NCBI RefSeq assembly: GCF_964355755.1
Contig: NC_092672.1
Location: 1,488,001 to 1,552,000, forward strand
Length of the DNA stretch: 64,000 nt
Origin: Antedon mediterranea
Taxonomy: Eukaryota > Animalia > Echinodermata
Direction: 5' to 3'
Under the pieces are notes generated by a model. That model searched no databases. It was not told the DNA's origin and saw only the letters and a program-made list of their open reading frames with translations. A program made the translations under genes and the position numbers. Below, piece by piece: positions 1 through 13,500 of the stretch (position 1 is its first letter; the number at the start of each line of letters is the position of its first letter).

Positions 1-294
1 AATTATATAGATTTGAATTAAGTTTCAATTTGTATCAGTTATTAGCGTCCATTAGGCAGAGGATCTCAGATTATTGTGACGTCACTAAGATCCGCATTCA
101 AACTCTACATGCAGCATACGACGGAAGCAGCACAATCCGTGCGTCGGATACGGTTAGTTGAATATCGACACGAACGGATTATTTCATTAGATAAAATTGA
201 AAACAAAGGGTTGGTTTCCGGTGCAAGTCGAGAGAAGCAGTCGTCAAATCGACTACTTTCACAAAATACTTAATTTGCATAAAATGTTACCTAC

Positions 295-406
295 TTCGCG
301 TAGTTGATTGTGAATCTCAGCGTATCGTCTAATAGGGTGAATGTTGCCCTGGCAACCGAATTTGTCCTAACTGCTATCGATGTTCCTGTTAACAATGCAA
401 CAAAAT
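295..406 (-). CDS. chrd: Chordin exon 5 (start of first CHRD domain); gene continues beyond the window start
   Basis: (N)FVALLTGTSIAVRTNSVARATFTLLDDTLRFTINYA matches CHRD1 (FVALLTG...AVARARVSL...LRFSISY). TTTTTAG acceptor, GTAGGT donor. Confidence 0.92.
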
Positions 407-692
407 CTAAAAACAGAAAATAATAATAAAAAAATAAAAAAGTTTGCAAATAACAGAATAAAGAAAATTGTTGGCATAGGGTGGTGGATCTTCAATTTTA
501 CAATTCTCGAAGTCTCTTCTCTCGAATTTGTTTTGCAAAATCAAAGCTAATAAACTGTTTTATTTAGGAATATTAAATATTTAATTTCTTTCAGTCTCAT
601 TTTACAATCTATCGCTACTACTAAATACTAATACTAAGTAGCTTTGTTAGTTTCTTGGGTTGGTGAGATAATAAATTAGGCCAAAATCTTAC

Positions 693-794
693 TATATCCT
701 TGATTCGATTCGGTTGGTAAAACCTCTTCACCTGAAGGGTCATCACCTGTTGGAAAGTCTTTCTCAACAGGGTCTCCCGAATTAGACATTTGTG
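693..794 (-). CDS. chrd: Chordin exon 4 (acidic linker between CR1 and CHRD1)
   Basis: (A)QMSNSGDPVEKDFPTGDDPSGEEVLPTESNQGY. TTTCCTCAG acceptor, GTAAGA donor, phase 1 to 1, open and in frame between exons 3 and 5. Confidence 0.8.
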
Positions 795-869
795 CTGAGG
801 AAACAAAAATACATATCAATTAGGCCTAAATAATGACGCAACACAAGTAATGGCCAATCACGATGTGAA

Positions 870-1000
870 AGACGATGATCAATCGCGTCGTAATTGGTCG
901 CGCGCGTACGCGTCAAAGTGGGAGACGATGCGAAACTTAACTAAAAAGACGATGATCAATCGCGTCGTAATTGTACGCGCGCGTACGCGTCAAAGTGGTG
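870..1000. repeat. ~77-bp spaced duplication of a CpG-rich block
   Basis: AGACGATGATCAATCGCGTCGTAATTG..CGCGCGCGTACGCGTCAAAGTGG occurs twice. Confidence 0.8.
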
Positions 1001-2705
1001 GGAGCCAAACTTCGGATTTATAAGCATGTCAAATTGAGTTGACACTTGGTATTAACATACCTCTCCATGGTATTAAATACAATGTTTTGAAGAAATATTC
1101 TGCTGCTCTGAGTGGCAGCAACAGCAACAGTTTGGTATCGGGGTCAACAGATGGAAATCAGATCCATTTTATTATCAAATTAGTCAAAAGGGCGCCCTCT
1201 TAAAAGATTAACCATCTTCTGGTCATTCTCGGTGGACCACAGAGCGGATATAAAATAAAGAGATTTATGGACCGAAAAAATCTTAAATTTAACAAAAAAA
1301 TTCCTGGGTGTTAATTTAAAGTTTATTTATGAACAAGGTATTTTCTGTTTATTTTATGTGAAATTATTTAATGGTACTGCAATATCAGTGAATTTGTTTA
1401 TGAAATAACATTATATAAAAGAGTGGAAAAAAACATGGAAAGCAGATCGGAAGGTAAGACTACATAATATTTCCGTTTCATAGGTTTTATAGATCTACAT
1501 TTTCACAAAAAGTGCATTCATTTTGTGTTCGTACCGTCGAGAGCGCAAATTATGACGTACACCGCATCACGCGCGCGCACGTTGCACACTATTCGTCAAG
1601 GACGACTTTCGTTGTCGCTGGCCCAGCAGGCCTATCTGTATACAACTATATCTAAACAATTAGTCTGTAGTTTTAAAAAATGTCAGTGTTTAGTCAAATT
1701 GAACGAAGAAAATGAATTATTCCTGCGAGATCTTAGGCCAGGAGGACAAGGCCATCGGAGGTTGCGAGATGAAACATTTAAGCTGTCGGATTACCATAAA
1801 TATTTCAAACAGATTCTCCCAAAAAAAAGAACAAGCCTAGCATTAATCACGAAAACCTCAGGTATATGAAGCAGGTCGATTAATTGGATTAATTCACATC
1901 AACTAAAAATTACATGTATGAGGCGCCAAAGTGTAAATAATTGCGAATTTCATGTTTATTGGGACAAACAGATACTTTTTCACTATGAACTAGGCTATAC
2001 TATTTCTATGGTGTACAAGGCTGTATTTCTATAGAGGGCAGCAAAGAAATTGTTAGGCAAGGTTAACAGGTGTCCAATTCTTTTTTCTAGGCCTACCTTA
2101 AGCTACCTGATATAGGCCAAACAGAACCTATGAACTGGTTTTTTCTTTGGAGAGGCTCAAATGGAATTGGCAGGATTACTATACGGTAAAACGACATGAC
2201 AGGAAACACAACACATTAAATAACTTTTGATCCCTTCAGAGACAGCTTGTCGTTTGGCTGACATTTTATACCAGATTAACGAGAAAAGGGGAAATGAATT
2301 CCGAAGGTATCAAGTTAATACTAGTTTGATCAGGGAAGTCTGGTTTGATAGTTACCAGAAAATATGACAAAAACACGTTTGTGGGTTAAAATGTTCAAAT
2401 GATCTTTTTTTAAAGATATAAATTAAACAGTTTTCTCACACATTCACAAAAATTGATTGCTTTTTAATAGTCTTAATAATGGATTTAGAGAGCTGTCAAA
2501 TTGTAGTGGTAGGCCTAAAGCATGAACTCGATGAACGAACCGACAACATTTTAAAGAAAACAAAACCATCCGTCGTATAAATCTTTCATTTCTACGGCAT
2601 TACTCAAGAGAAGTCATATGATTTGTTTGCTAATTATATATGTGAGTATCTTTCAAAACTCTACGTCTACATTCAATTACAATTTCTGCACCTTTATGAA
2701 GTTTT

Positions 2706-3054
2706 GTCTACACTATCTAGTTTGGCAAAAACAGTGTGATATACCTATAATGGTACTAGGTAGTGATTTGACGTCATTTGATGTCCATAAATGGGTACAT
2801 CACATTTTGTTGTCACATAGTTTCATTCATTTATTCAATAGTATGTAGGCCACTGGCCCAATTACAGTAATATAAAATAATACATTATAACATTTGAGAA
2901 GTAGTAACAGCAAAATAACGAGTTCTCTTTATTTATTTATTCTGACATAAAATCATAGGATAAAAACACAATAAAGTACCGATACGGCAAACAAAAAGGT
3001 AAATCTTACCAGGTTATTGATTATTATTATTTTTTTGTTAGTGTAGACAGAGCT
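2706..3054. mobile_element. Degenerate MITE family A copy interrupted by ~200 bp of other sequence
   Basis: GTCTACACTATCTAGTTTG left part to ~2822; right TIR TAGTGTAGACAGAGCT at ~3039-3054. Confidence 0.55.
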
Positions 3055-4807
3055 TTAGAGAAGTGTGTAAACTTACATTCACACTTATAAATAATGGAAA
3101 ATCCTCATAAAGGTGCCGTGTGCAGGCCAGTGTGAATGCATCAGGACTACAGCCACAGATTGTTAGCTCACTTTCCATTTTCACGGTTGAAGTTTTTAAC
3201 TTGTACGGGAATTATGTCAACGGAAATATAGAGTGGTCCGTGAGAACATGTTGAGGAAAACATTTACACCGACATACTAGCGCGTGATTTATGATCGTTC
3301 TTAATCAAACAAGCACATAACACATTATGTTAACACATTAATGTTGAAAACTAAACTATGTTGAAATTCTTGTGTGCCACCAACGTAACTTTAAATTAAG
3401 TCTCATGTAATGTTTTCACGCAACTATTATTGGGCATTTAGATTTAAATGATGATTTACGTGCGCGTATTAATCTCGATCTATCATCAATAGGGCGCGTA
3501 GCGCGTGACAAAATCGATCTATTTAATGATTTTACTCTACTAAATAAACATAAAATAATTTACTATAAATTATGAATATTATTTCAAATAATATTAAATG
3601 ACAGAATAAAAGAAGGAGAATCATGCGTGACATGATAAAAGGCTCTTTCGAGACAATTTCATCATAAATCATTTATTAATTTGATCTCTCAAAACCTGAA
3701 CATTAAAAAAACACGACACCATACTAAACATGAATACAGACAGTCTCGAAATGTGTATAACATTAATGTCGGATCAATGACGTTCTATTTTTAGACGAGA
3801 TCTCAATGCAACATAATTTATTAAAACGTGTGCATTACCTGGACGATGGACGAGAATGCTCTAAAGACATTCAACATGTTTAATTGTGTATAAGATTTAC
3901 GATAGTAATGCACGTACTATTTGAATGTAATGTTTCGCTATGTTAGAATTTATTTTATAAACTGGGCCGGGTAACAGCGCCAGTGTGAACTGAAATTAAC
4001 CTAAATGTTTATTACGATGAAATAATATGATGAATTTTTAAGTATTACCACGATAATATTTTCATTTTTTGTTGTCTTTTTTCCCTCCATGATGATTGCG
4101 GTTCTTTTTTGTGGGGTGGGAGTGCGGGTTGGGCGTGTGGGTTGGGCATGGAATGAAAAGTTCCACACCCATTTCTTTTTCTACAAGTACAATCAAATAC
4201 TGTACAATTATTCAAATTGTCATAATCATTTCTCTTCCACATACAATCTTCAATCTTCAGAACCAACAACTTATTATTTTTATTCATATATTGATGTACG
4301 ATAAGAACGTTAGTATTGCGCCTAAGCAGTGCTATAGATCCAAGCACGTTCCTCGGTTGGTTTTCCTCGCGGCGTTTAGTTAATATTTTCCCCTGATCAA
4401 TAAAGACCTTCGGTATAATTGCCCCACTGGCAGCCATCTATTCTATTTTTGAATCAAGGATTTTTTTTTCTTCTGATTTGTATAATATCGGAAGGAGATT
4501 ATAAGGCACCATCATCCTGATGACGTCACAAGCTAACATGAGCCAAACGGCCTTGCTAAATAACATGAAATTATCGCTAGGCCTACACACTTATTATTTT
4601 GCCTTACATAATATTATTTTTTTACACGAACGAACTGAATTATATCCCTGGGCTCAGATAATTCATTTTTACTCTAAATTCAGCCTGGCGATGTTAATGT
4701 TTCGAATTGTTAAATATTGTCTCACAAATCTGAATATTTATAACATTTATTCCATAATCTTGCTCTTTTCTGTTTTTACATTTAAGAGTTTATGGGTTTT
4801 ATTTGCT

Positions 4808-4948
4808 TTATCAAACTAGTTTTGACAAGAAAGTGTGAATATGTGCCCATATATGGTAGTGATATGCCCAAATATGGTCATGATATGACATCATCATATC
4901 CTTATGGGCACATCACATTGTTTTGTCACATACAGTTTCATAGTGTAG
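4808..4948. mobile_element. MITE family A copy (ends eroded)
   Basis: TATCAAACTAGTTTTGACA...ATATGGTAGTGATATGCCCAAATATGG...CAGTTTCATAGTGTAG. Confidence 0.75.
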
Positions 4949-5782
4949 GCCCTACATTATTTTCAACAGAGTGTATTTCCTTAGCAAGCATATTGTGTAA
5001 CGTAATAGTGTTTTTAATGGCGAGAATGTGATAATGGCGAGAATGTGATGATGCATGTTCGTCAGTCATTTCCTACAACTGTAAAATATCTGGTTATACA
5101 AATTGTTTTAAACCATGGTCATCATAATAATGACAATCTCCGCTGAATACATTTGTGGAAGTAATGATAAATGAGAATATTGCTAAGTACAAAACCGTTT
5201 GGAATTCCCAACTCAACATTCATCATCACGTAATTGCTGTCTCAACACATAGCGTAAGATCCACCAATAGACTTCACCAGATTACATGTAATTGGTTAAA
5301 AGTTAGATGACGTCATTATTGATAAGATTTAATGTGTTTGAAGTATCATTACAATATTGAAATCTTTTTTATTTCAGGAAAGGAACAATTGAATGTATTG
5401 AATTTCTGTGTAGGCCTATCCCATTTATTTGGTTAAACGTTTATGTCAGCATCACGTAGTTACGGTGGCCTGTAAGTGTCCCGGCAGCAAGTTACATAGT
5501 TACCTTCCCTAACAATTATCACTAAAATAATGTGTGTTTCCCCATGTTAGGCCTACTACAGGCTTGGTGTTGCTTTTGTGAGAAAGCAATCTCGGATTTA
5601 AAACTGATTACGGTAATGATCCGATCGAGTAGCAAAGGCAAATCCACGACGGAGCCCTTGTCTGATCAACTCCAGATGTAGCGTATTGAAAACATGGACA
5701 GGGAGGCCAGTAAGCGTGACCTTCTGATACAGTAGCAGCCGGCCCGGCCATCAACCGGAACACGGCTTCCACATGGTATTTA

Positions 5783-6885
5783 GGCCCTGTTCAGACCCAT
5801 GGCGTTAGACCGTTTTAGCGTACAACGTTACTATCAAGGTCACGTTACAAACCGCAGAGAAAAAAACGAGGTGTTCAGACCCATAGCGTACGATTATCGT
5901 TACAACGGAAGTACGTCATCCAGGTTGTTTCTAGTTGCATATTCATGTGCTCTTACCCACGTGTTTTCATCATTTAATTTCCACTGTATATACATGTATG
6001 TATATGTATAGGGCTAGATCTCAGCCCTACAATTATGACAAAATTTGCCGTAAATAAAACATACCTCAGCATTTATTTAAGAAAAATATAGTAAAGCCAA
6101 ATTTCTGTTTCTATTGTTTTTATTTTGTAGTAAAAAACATTTTCCCCAGGCTCTTGTGTTACGAAAATAAAGCAGGCCTCGTAATGATGAAGAAAAAAAT
6201 GATTGTGATTAGTCTGTCCAGTCCAGTCAAAGATATATATTCTTTGTTCCAGTCGGTTGAAAATAACCCTTAACTTGCTAATAAAAGGGACACAGCTCCC
6301 CTTGTTTGTTTACTGAATTTTTTAGGAGTTAGGGGGCTTTCAGCATTAAACTTGTCCAGTCTAGTCTGCCGGCCTTGTATGAATGAGTGACTTGATGTCC
6401 CACGCTAGTTTTTAGATGAATGAAATGCGTGAATGACTCTAGGCCTAGGCTAGCTAGGCCTAAAAGCGTATGGGATCGTAGTCCCTATGTTTAAATACAA
6501 GGTGCATGTATTTATGTCATTTGTTAGAAAATATAATGGTAATCAGTTGATAATAGTTTGTAGCCTTTGTAACAGTTGTATTTGTAGTGTAGTTAGGCCT
6601 TATTTATTCTGGCCTTTTTGTTATTGAAATCTATCTCGCACATTGACGATACAAGATGTCAGCCTAGGTCAAACCTTGTATCGCGTCATAACAGGAAACG
6701 TTCTGATTGGATACAACGTTGACTTACAGTAGCGTCGTACGCTGAAACGGTACTATCAACCGTTTTCCACTACAACGCTACAACCGTTGTACGACGCGTT
6801 GTACGCTAATCCCCAACTGTTCAGACACACATTCTTTTAGCGTCGTACGCTAAAACGGTCTAACGCCATGGGTCTGAACAGGGCC
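5783..6885. mobile_element. Non-autonomous PIF/Harbinger-like DNA transposon (1.1 kb) in chordin intron 3
   Basis: Perfect 41-bp TIR GGCCCTGTTCAGACCCATGGCGTTAGACCGTTTTAGCGTAC, flanked by TTA on both sides (5780-5782, 6886-6888). No transposase ORF. Confidence 0.9.
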
Positions 6886-7460
6886 TTAGACTACTCTACA
6901 CATTTGCTTACACATTTCCCCTTCCTTGTTAGTTATTGATATCCCCTTGTCGTGTTCTCTTGTTCCCCTCACATTAGTGAGTTTTGAGTAAAGATATTTC
7001 AACAAGATCTTTCTAAACATAATTTTAAATCTAGAAATTTCCGCTTTATACTTATAGTTAGTGTTGCGTAATTTTATTGGTTTAAGTGCAGAATTAGTAA
7101 TACATTTTGTCCTGACAACTGACTTGAGTAATAACATTGTGTGTGTATTTGTTGATTCTAGTTGACTCTCTTTATGCGGCGTATTCGACTGGGCTGTTTT
7201 GTGATCTAGCTAGCTCCTCAAAATCCTCTATGTTTAAATCTGAGCAATGGGAGTAGATCATTGTGAGGTGTTTACGAATACAAGTGACTTGCTTGCTTCC
7301 TGCTTAATGCACTTCAATATAAAATCATAAAGAAGAATCGTGACATCACAAATGTATATTAAGGTCACGTATTTTAGTAGCATTGTGGTACTACGTCACA
7401 AAAAGGGATATCAATCACCTATTCATTAATAGCATGAATGTATAAAGATAATACTCTTAC

Positions 7461-7599
7461 CATCAATGGGACATGATTTACAACAGTCTCCGGGTTGTTG
7501 GACAGGATCTTCGCCGTTTCTACACACGTCCACGTCTGCGCACTTGCCTTTCACATCTTCACAAGATACCTTTCCTACTACAGTATCATTTACAACAAT
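7461..7599 (-). CDS. chrd: Chordin exon 3 (second half of CR1/VWC domain)
   Basis: IVVNDTVVGKVSCEDVKGKCADVDVCRNGEDPVQQPGDCCKSCPID with the VWC CCxxC end. Polypyrimidine + CAG acceptor, GTAAGA donor, phase 0 to 1. Confidence 0.92.
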
Positions 7600-10500
7600 C
7601 TGTAAAAAATGAAAAAAAAAAAGTCTATAATTAGAAATCAATTAGAAGGTATGACGTAATAGGCACAGTGAAATTTCTAATAAAGGACTTCCTCCCTCTA
7701 GCCATGAATGCTCTACCAAAACAGGGTTTGTTTACGGCTTAAACCGTTTTAATTACAGTATTTTGTTTAATCTTCATCTATATTCCATTGTGTATAAATC
7801 ATTTCGAAAAACCATTGATTTTTGGCCATTGATGATAGGAATATTACATAAATATGATATATATTCTTTTGTTTGTAATGATTATTTATGTACGTTTATG
7901 TTTTGTTTTTTTGTGAATGGAAATAAAGAAAGAAACAACAAACAGCAATATTTAAGTAAGAGATCTTGTAATAAAGAGAAAAATCCACTGTAATAGTAAC
8001 TTCAATTGAATGTAGTGTAATGCAAAAGATACGTGTGTAAGATCATGGAGGTATAATTGCTTTATTGTGGAAGATCGTAAAAAACATCCCGAATATTCAC
8101 AAAATAGGTCATATCTCCAGTGGTTTTGTGTCTTTAATATAATAAAAGTTGCCGTCAACTTAAACTGGATGCAAGCAGAGATGTATTCACAGCACGCGTG
8201 GATGAGCGACACGATTAGGCAAAGTACAGAGGGTTCCTGTTGATACGACCCCAGTAATCATACAACTTAGACCAACTGTAGGACGGCTTATTCACCATGT
8301 AGCTAATTGACGATGTAAGTGAGGATAGCGACTTAATAGTTTAGCAAAATCTTTGTTTCATGTTAACGGGAGGTAGGCGTCGCGGACCTAGCACCCTGAT
8401 AGCATACCACTGGCTTTGTCTGTACATTCAACTTTCAATAGTCGAGTCAACCCATTGAAAGCTATCTAAGGTGGCGATAAAGGATTGTTTCTTGCTATTG
8501 AACTTGGCTAAAGCAACTTCTATTAGAACCCCTTAGTCGATATTGAGGCCTCTTTCAAAGAGTTTACGTGTCCTTTTGTACTTTTGTTCAATTGAGTATC
8601 GCGAATTTCCAGTTACTGGTAAATTGTTTTTCAACGTATTTTACAAAACTAGGATGTGCCGTATGTTTTTTTCAATGTATTGATTATTTTTTTTTATTAT
8701 TTTAACAGTTTTTGTTTGTAAAAGTGTCTTCACGACCACAGAAAAAACACTTTAAATTAATGAGAACTTTGAATTGATTGTATATTGGTTATTTTACTTA
8801 CGGTATATACTGCAACAGATCAAGGTGAAGTTGTTTATTAAGTAAAATGGTCTCTTTGACTATATACATTAAATATTCCGAGAACAAGTAAATCCGATAA
8901 AACTATAGAAATTGAATGGATTTCTCAGGAAGCACAGGGTTAAGTACGAATATGTAATTAAGGTAATTAAACAAGTCGATTAATGACTCCTTGGTGTATA
9001 TGTTGTAGCTTAAGCTGTCCTGCTACCCGGACAGCCATTTGCTAAATCTAAATTAAATAGCCAATCAGTGAAACACCATTTAAGCATGCGTTCACACTAG
9101 AAACCCCTTAAAACTTAATGTGTACGCGTATGAATTGATTTATTTTAAAGTAAGTAGGTTTACACATAAAACTATATCGGTGAAGTGGTCATATCGTAAT
9201 TATGCAAGCGATTCTCGTATGGTGTCATGCATGTCTAAGAGAAAAAAAGCGTTGACATCCCGTATTGAAAAAGAGGCAATGTATGTATACGTGGGATTAA
9301 ACATAATACCGCGAGAATCGGGTAAAATACGACATCTAATGAAGTTAGCGTTCACACAATAATTTAATGTATTACTGATAAATAGCCAAGTAACGCTTGA
9401 GATACTTGTACGTGTGACATGATCAGTTTTATCAACAGTCGATGGATCTAAATTGGTTATAGTTGAGTGCTTCCGTTTTTAAGTATAGATTTCCTTACTT
9501 TAATAACATAACGTATCATAATGATGATGAACTCAGTCCCTCTCTCTCAGGTGTGTTGTTGATTATCATTAGTCACTACACCTGTTTGTCTTCATGACTT
9601 GTAATTCAATAACTCATGGAATTGAAAAACTTACAACTTCTCATCTTGAAGGCGTGCTGAGTGCGGTTGTGTTTTATAATTAAGTTAGTGGGTGAAGATG
9701 TTAAGTTATAACGTTTAGACAATATATACACGTTATCTTATCAATTCGAAGAACTTAATATCATTTTATAGGCCGTGAATGATATTGTATGAAAGATACG
9801 CGTACGGTACGCGCGCGTACGGTACACACCACACAGACAAATCCAGATGTGTGCGTGCATGCGCGCTTATAAGATGTTAATAAAAATCACACACATACAT
9901 GAACGAGGCATGCGCATTAATAATAAATATCATGCTTATAACATTAAGGCATTGTTGTGTGTAATCATTTACCATTTATTGTGTCGGGCCGCTTTCGTTG
10001 GCGGTGTGTCGACTTAAATCCAACAAATGTTGCTTATTATATTTGAAGAGCTTTTAGTTTGCAACCCTGTCAACAAAGTCTGCATAAACAGGTGGTCGTT
10101 TTCGATGATTTAATAGCTGTTACAATCTTATAATTCAAATACAATGAGATTTAATGACGACAAAAAAATGCCACTTATGATTAATGATCATGAGCCGGAT
10201 TCTGTCCATTCTATTTTTATTAATTTTTTTTTAGCCTAGTTTAAATCAAATAAGCCCCATTTTTTTAAATATCACAAACCTTTGAAATCTACATTAACGT
10301 CACATAAATGAATTAATTTTGTTAACAGCAATGTAGGCCTACAAAATTATCGGTATTTTTTTTTATAAATCAGAAACAATTAAACACGTTATCACATGAA
10401 TTCTTAAAGATTTGGCAAAAACAATGGTTAGACCTAGATAGATATGCTAATTGTGTTGGCACCGGTGATGATGCAAGGATGTAAACACATCCTAACCACG

Positions 10501-13500
10501 ATCAACACATTAACCAAAATATAACAAGCAAATGTATTAAGAGAAAACATGAACGTAATATTATTGTGACGTCACAGAAAAATTCCAGGTATATAATCAA
10601 TGATCAACACTGGCTTGCTTTTGGGTGTACTCACGGGGTCAACCCTTCATAACTCAAATGTGATTTATTTATCAAAACTTGGAAAAAGTATTCAATATAA
10701 CTCATGAATGATGTATCAATACCAAATAGACAAACATTCTTTTTCCACAATTTTGTTTCATTGTTAGTAAATTCCTATTAACGTATACATTATATTATTG
10801 TAATGTTGTGTATAATAAACGTGATTAAATAAACGTGTAAATAATAATAAATAGTAAACGTGTATAATAAACGTGATTCCAACATTTACATATTTCTGAA
10901 CATCTCAGGTAAACCTCAGCTCAATTGCCTCTAACTGTTGGTTGTTTATTTATGTTATTAGTGATCCTTATAATTTTACCACTTCTCTTAGTCGGCGTTT
11001 TGATTTTTGTCAGTCAAGTATTATACGTATGACACACCGTGTGTGTCAACATGTTCATCTACCAATACAATTGAATTGCCGCCTAAACCAAAGTATATGA
11101 TCGAGAGCAGCAGTAAATAGTGGTGCAATCAAGAGCAGACTATACATAAGTCGATACGAAGCACATTATAGCAATCAAGAGCAGACTATATACATAAGTC
11201 GACACGAAGCACATTATAGGCCCGGAGGCTCAGGAGGCTAAATGTGTTTCCTACATTGCCTATTATTTTCTCCTTTTTAATTTCTTTATTGGTAACGGGT
11301 TGTTAAGAACAAAATACTTTATAAGTATAATTAAATAAGGTCAAACAGATTTAAATCCAATTCGTATATACAATGTAACTAATTGTCGGTATTTGTGGTT
11401 AAGCAATATCTTGTTTAAATTTACGCTCGACTTAAGTACTATAGTATGTTGTGGTGTTGAATGGTCAATATCATAACATCTACAATTGACTTGTCAATGA
11501 ATAGATTATTGTAATGAGTATAATTTACATAAGACTACACCTGAACCCAAAATGTAATAGATACTAAACAACCAACTAATGATGACGACATCGGCTCATG
11601 ATGAGAGAGTGTACTTTTTATTACATTAGCGGAATCATTCAAATCAAATTTATCATCTGTTACAAATTACCTATCTGTTAGTTTATGACACGAAAAATAT
11701 GAAAACCTTCGCCTTTAATAAATAGCCTTCCTCCTATAGCAACTGCATAACGATTTTAGTACGCGCAATTTTTGGAGACGATAACCATAAAAGCTTAAAC
11801 TGGAATAATGCAAATTATTGGCGGTTTTTAGGAGCAAAATAATACAAACAAAAGGCAGGTTTTTTAATGCCAACAAATAAATGTGTATTTAAATTCTTCC
11901 TACCCTGGATGGCCTATGGGCTATAAAGAACCTGAGATTAACCTTATAAGATTCTGTATCAACATTTAAACGCTACGTACAGTTACATAAAACACACAGA
12001 AGTACTTGTGTTGACAGACGTTTGTGTTAAAAAGTAGTTGACACAATTTATCGAGTTTGAATTCAACTGTAACGTTTCCTCCTAGCTGCCATAAATACAT
12101 TATTCCTATCACCATTCTTTACAAACTAAATCAAGAAACCGAATGTTTACTTGAGGCAAGCACATCACGTGATAGCACTCGATCAGTATTAACCCCATTT
12201 CTCACAACCTCTGCTGTTGTATTAATTTGCCGAAATGCATTTTCCATTTTTCTGCTAATAATTCACACGAATCACATAGGCAGAGTATAATGAATTGGAA
12301 AGACTAACACCTTACTTATTCTTCAACCAATTTCCTATTAATCAATTACATTAACCATTATTTACCATCTTTACCAGACAAACGTCAAGAAGTCGTTGAT
12401 AAAATTCGGTCAATCTAGAATCATAATTATTAGCCTATATATGTTGAACTTTTACACCTTTTTGGTAGAGATAAATGCGCGTAATAATCTATAATAACAT
12501 GTGCGGATCTCCAAACTCGCCACTGCGACGAGTTTCCATCTATATATATTATTGTTATTGATTTGAAAGAATGAAATTGAATATTGATGATTGTGTTCGA
12601 CATTTTGAAAATACAAAACAATAATTTAATATGAGTGAACGCAACCAATAAACCCGGACGTGTTCGTTGACAATCAAAATATTAACGGAGAGGTTTGACG
12701 TTATCCACGACGCGTTTTTAACTGACAGTACTTTTGGATAATGATGACGAAACGCGCAAAAGTTTAATTTTTTGCATCTCATAATGTTACCTCACAACAT
12801 CTTGTATCGTCATCCCGCCTTTATACAAGAGGGATTCGCCATGCTTAGACTATTTGCCGCCTTATTCCTACAACATTAATCATAATGAACACATTAAAAG
12901 TACATGACCTGGTGGCCAGTTAAATAGGTTTATTGGTTTATAACAACGTTTACTTATTGGCATAATGTTTCCACGTTTAAATCATATTAGTTACTCATTT
13001 TAAAACATTGATAATCTGTTCGTTCGTTACGCGTTTACCTGCTTTGTAAAAAGCGCGTTTATTAAATGCCGCCACCAGACGAATGGAAGAGCCATCTTAC
13101 GAAAGGTCATTATGATCAACTTTTTGAACCAAACTTCTTGCACGCGCCATTAAATTGATTGTACAATAGGTGAAATAGGGTACAAACGTGTAGCGGGGTA
13201 AGATGGGAGAGATCTGACTTACATACAAGTTGACGTAAAAAGTGGAAGAAAAAAAAAGTAAACAGCCTACAAGTTTTTCTTTACCAGTACACTAAAAAAA
13301 TAGAGCTTGAACATTTTAGATTAAACGTCTAAATTTCTGCAATGTATTGCAAAATGATCAATACTCAGTGCATAGCTTTATTTAGCTATCAATCTACTCT
13401 ACTCTATAAAACGGTTAATCAGCAGTGAGCATGCGCAGTACTGGATTTTCAAACTAACATGTAAATCTATGCCTGCTGGCAAACACACTCAATCACCGTC

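Noticed and set aside
4045-4437. 130-aa minus-strand ORF as an extra chordin exon or nested gene
   Set aside because: No similarity to chordin, and exons 3 and 4 join in frame without it.
6886-7137. 83-aa minus-strand ORF resembling a LINE ORF2 C-terminus
   Set aside because: The resemblance is only compositional; no RT motifs nearby to support a call.
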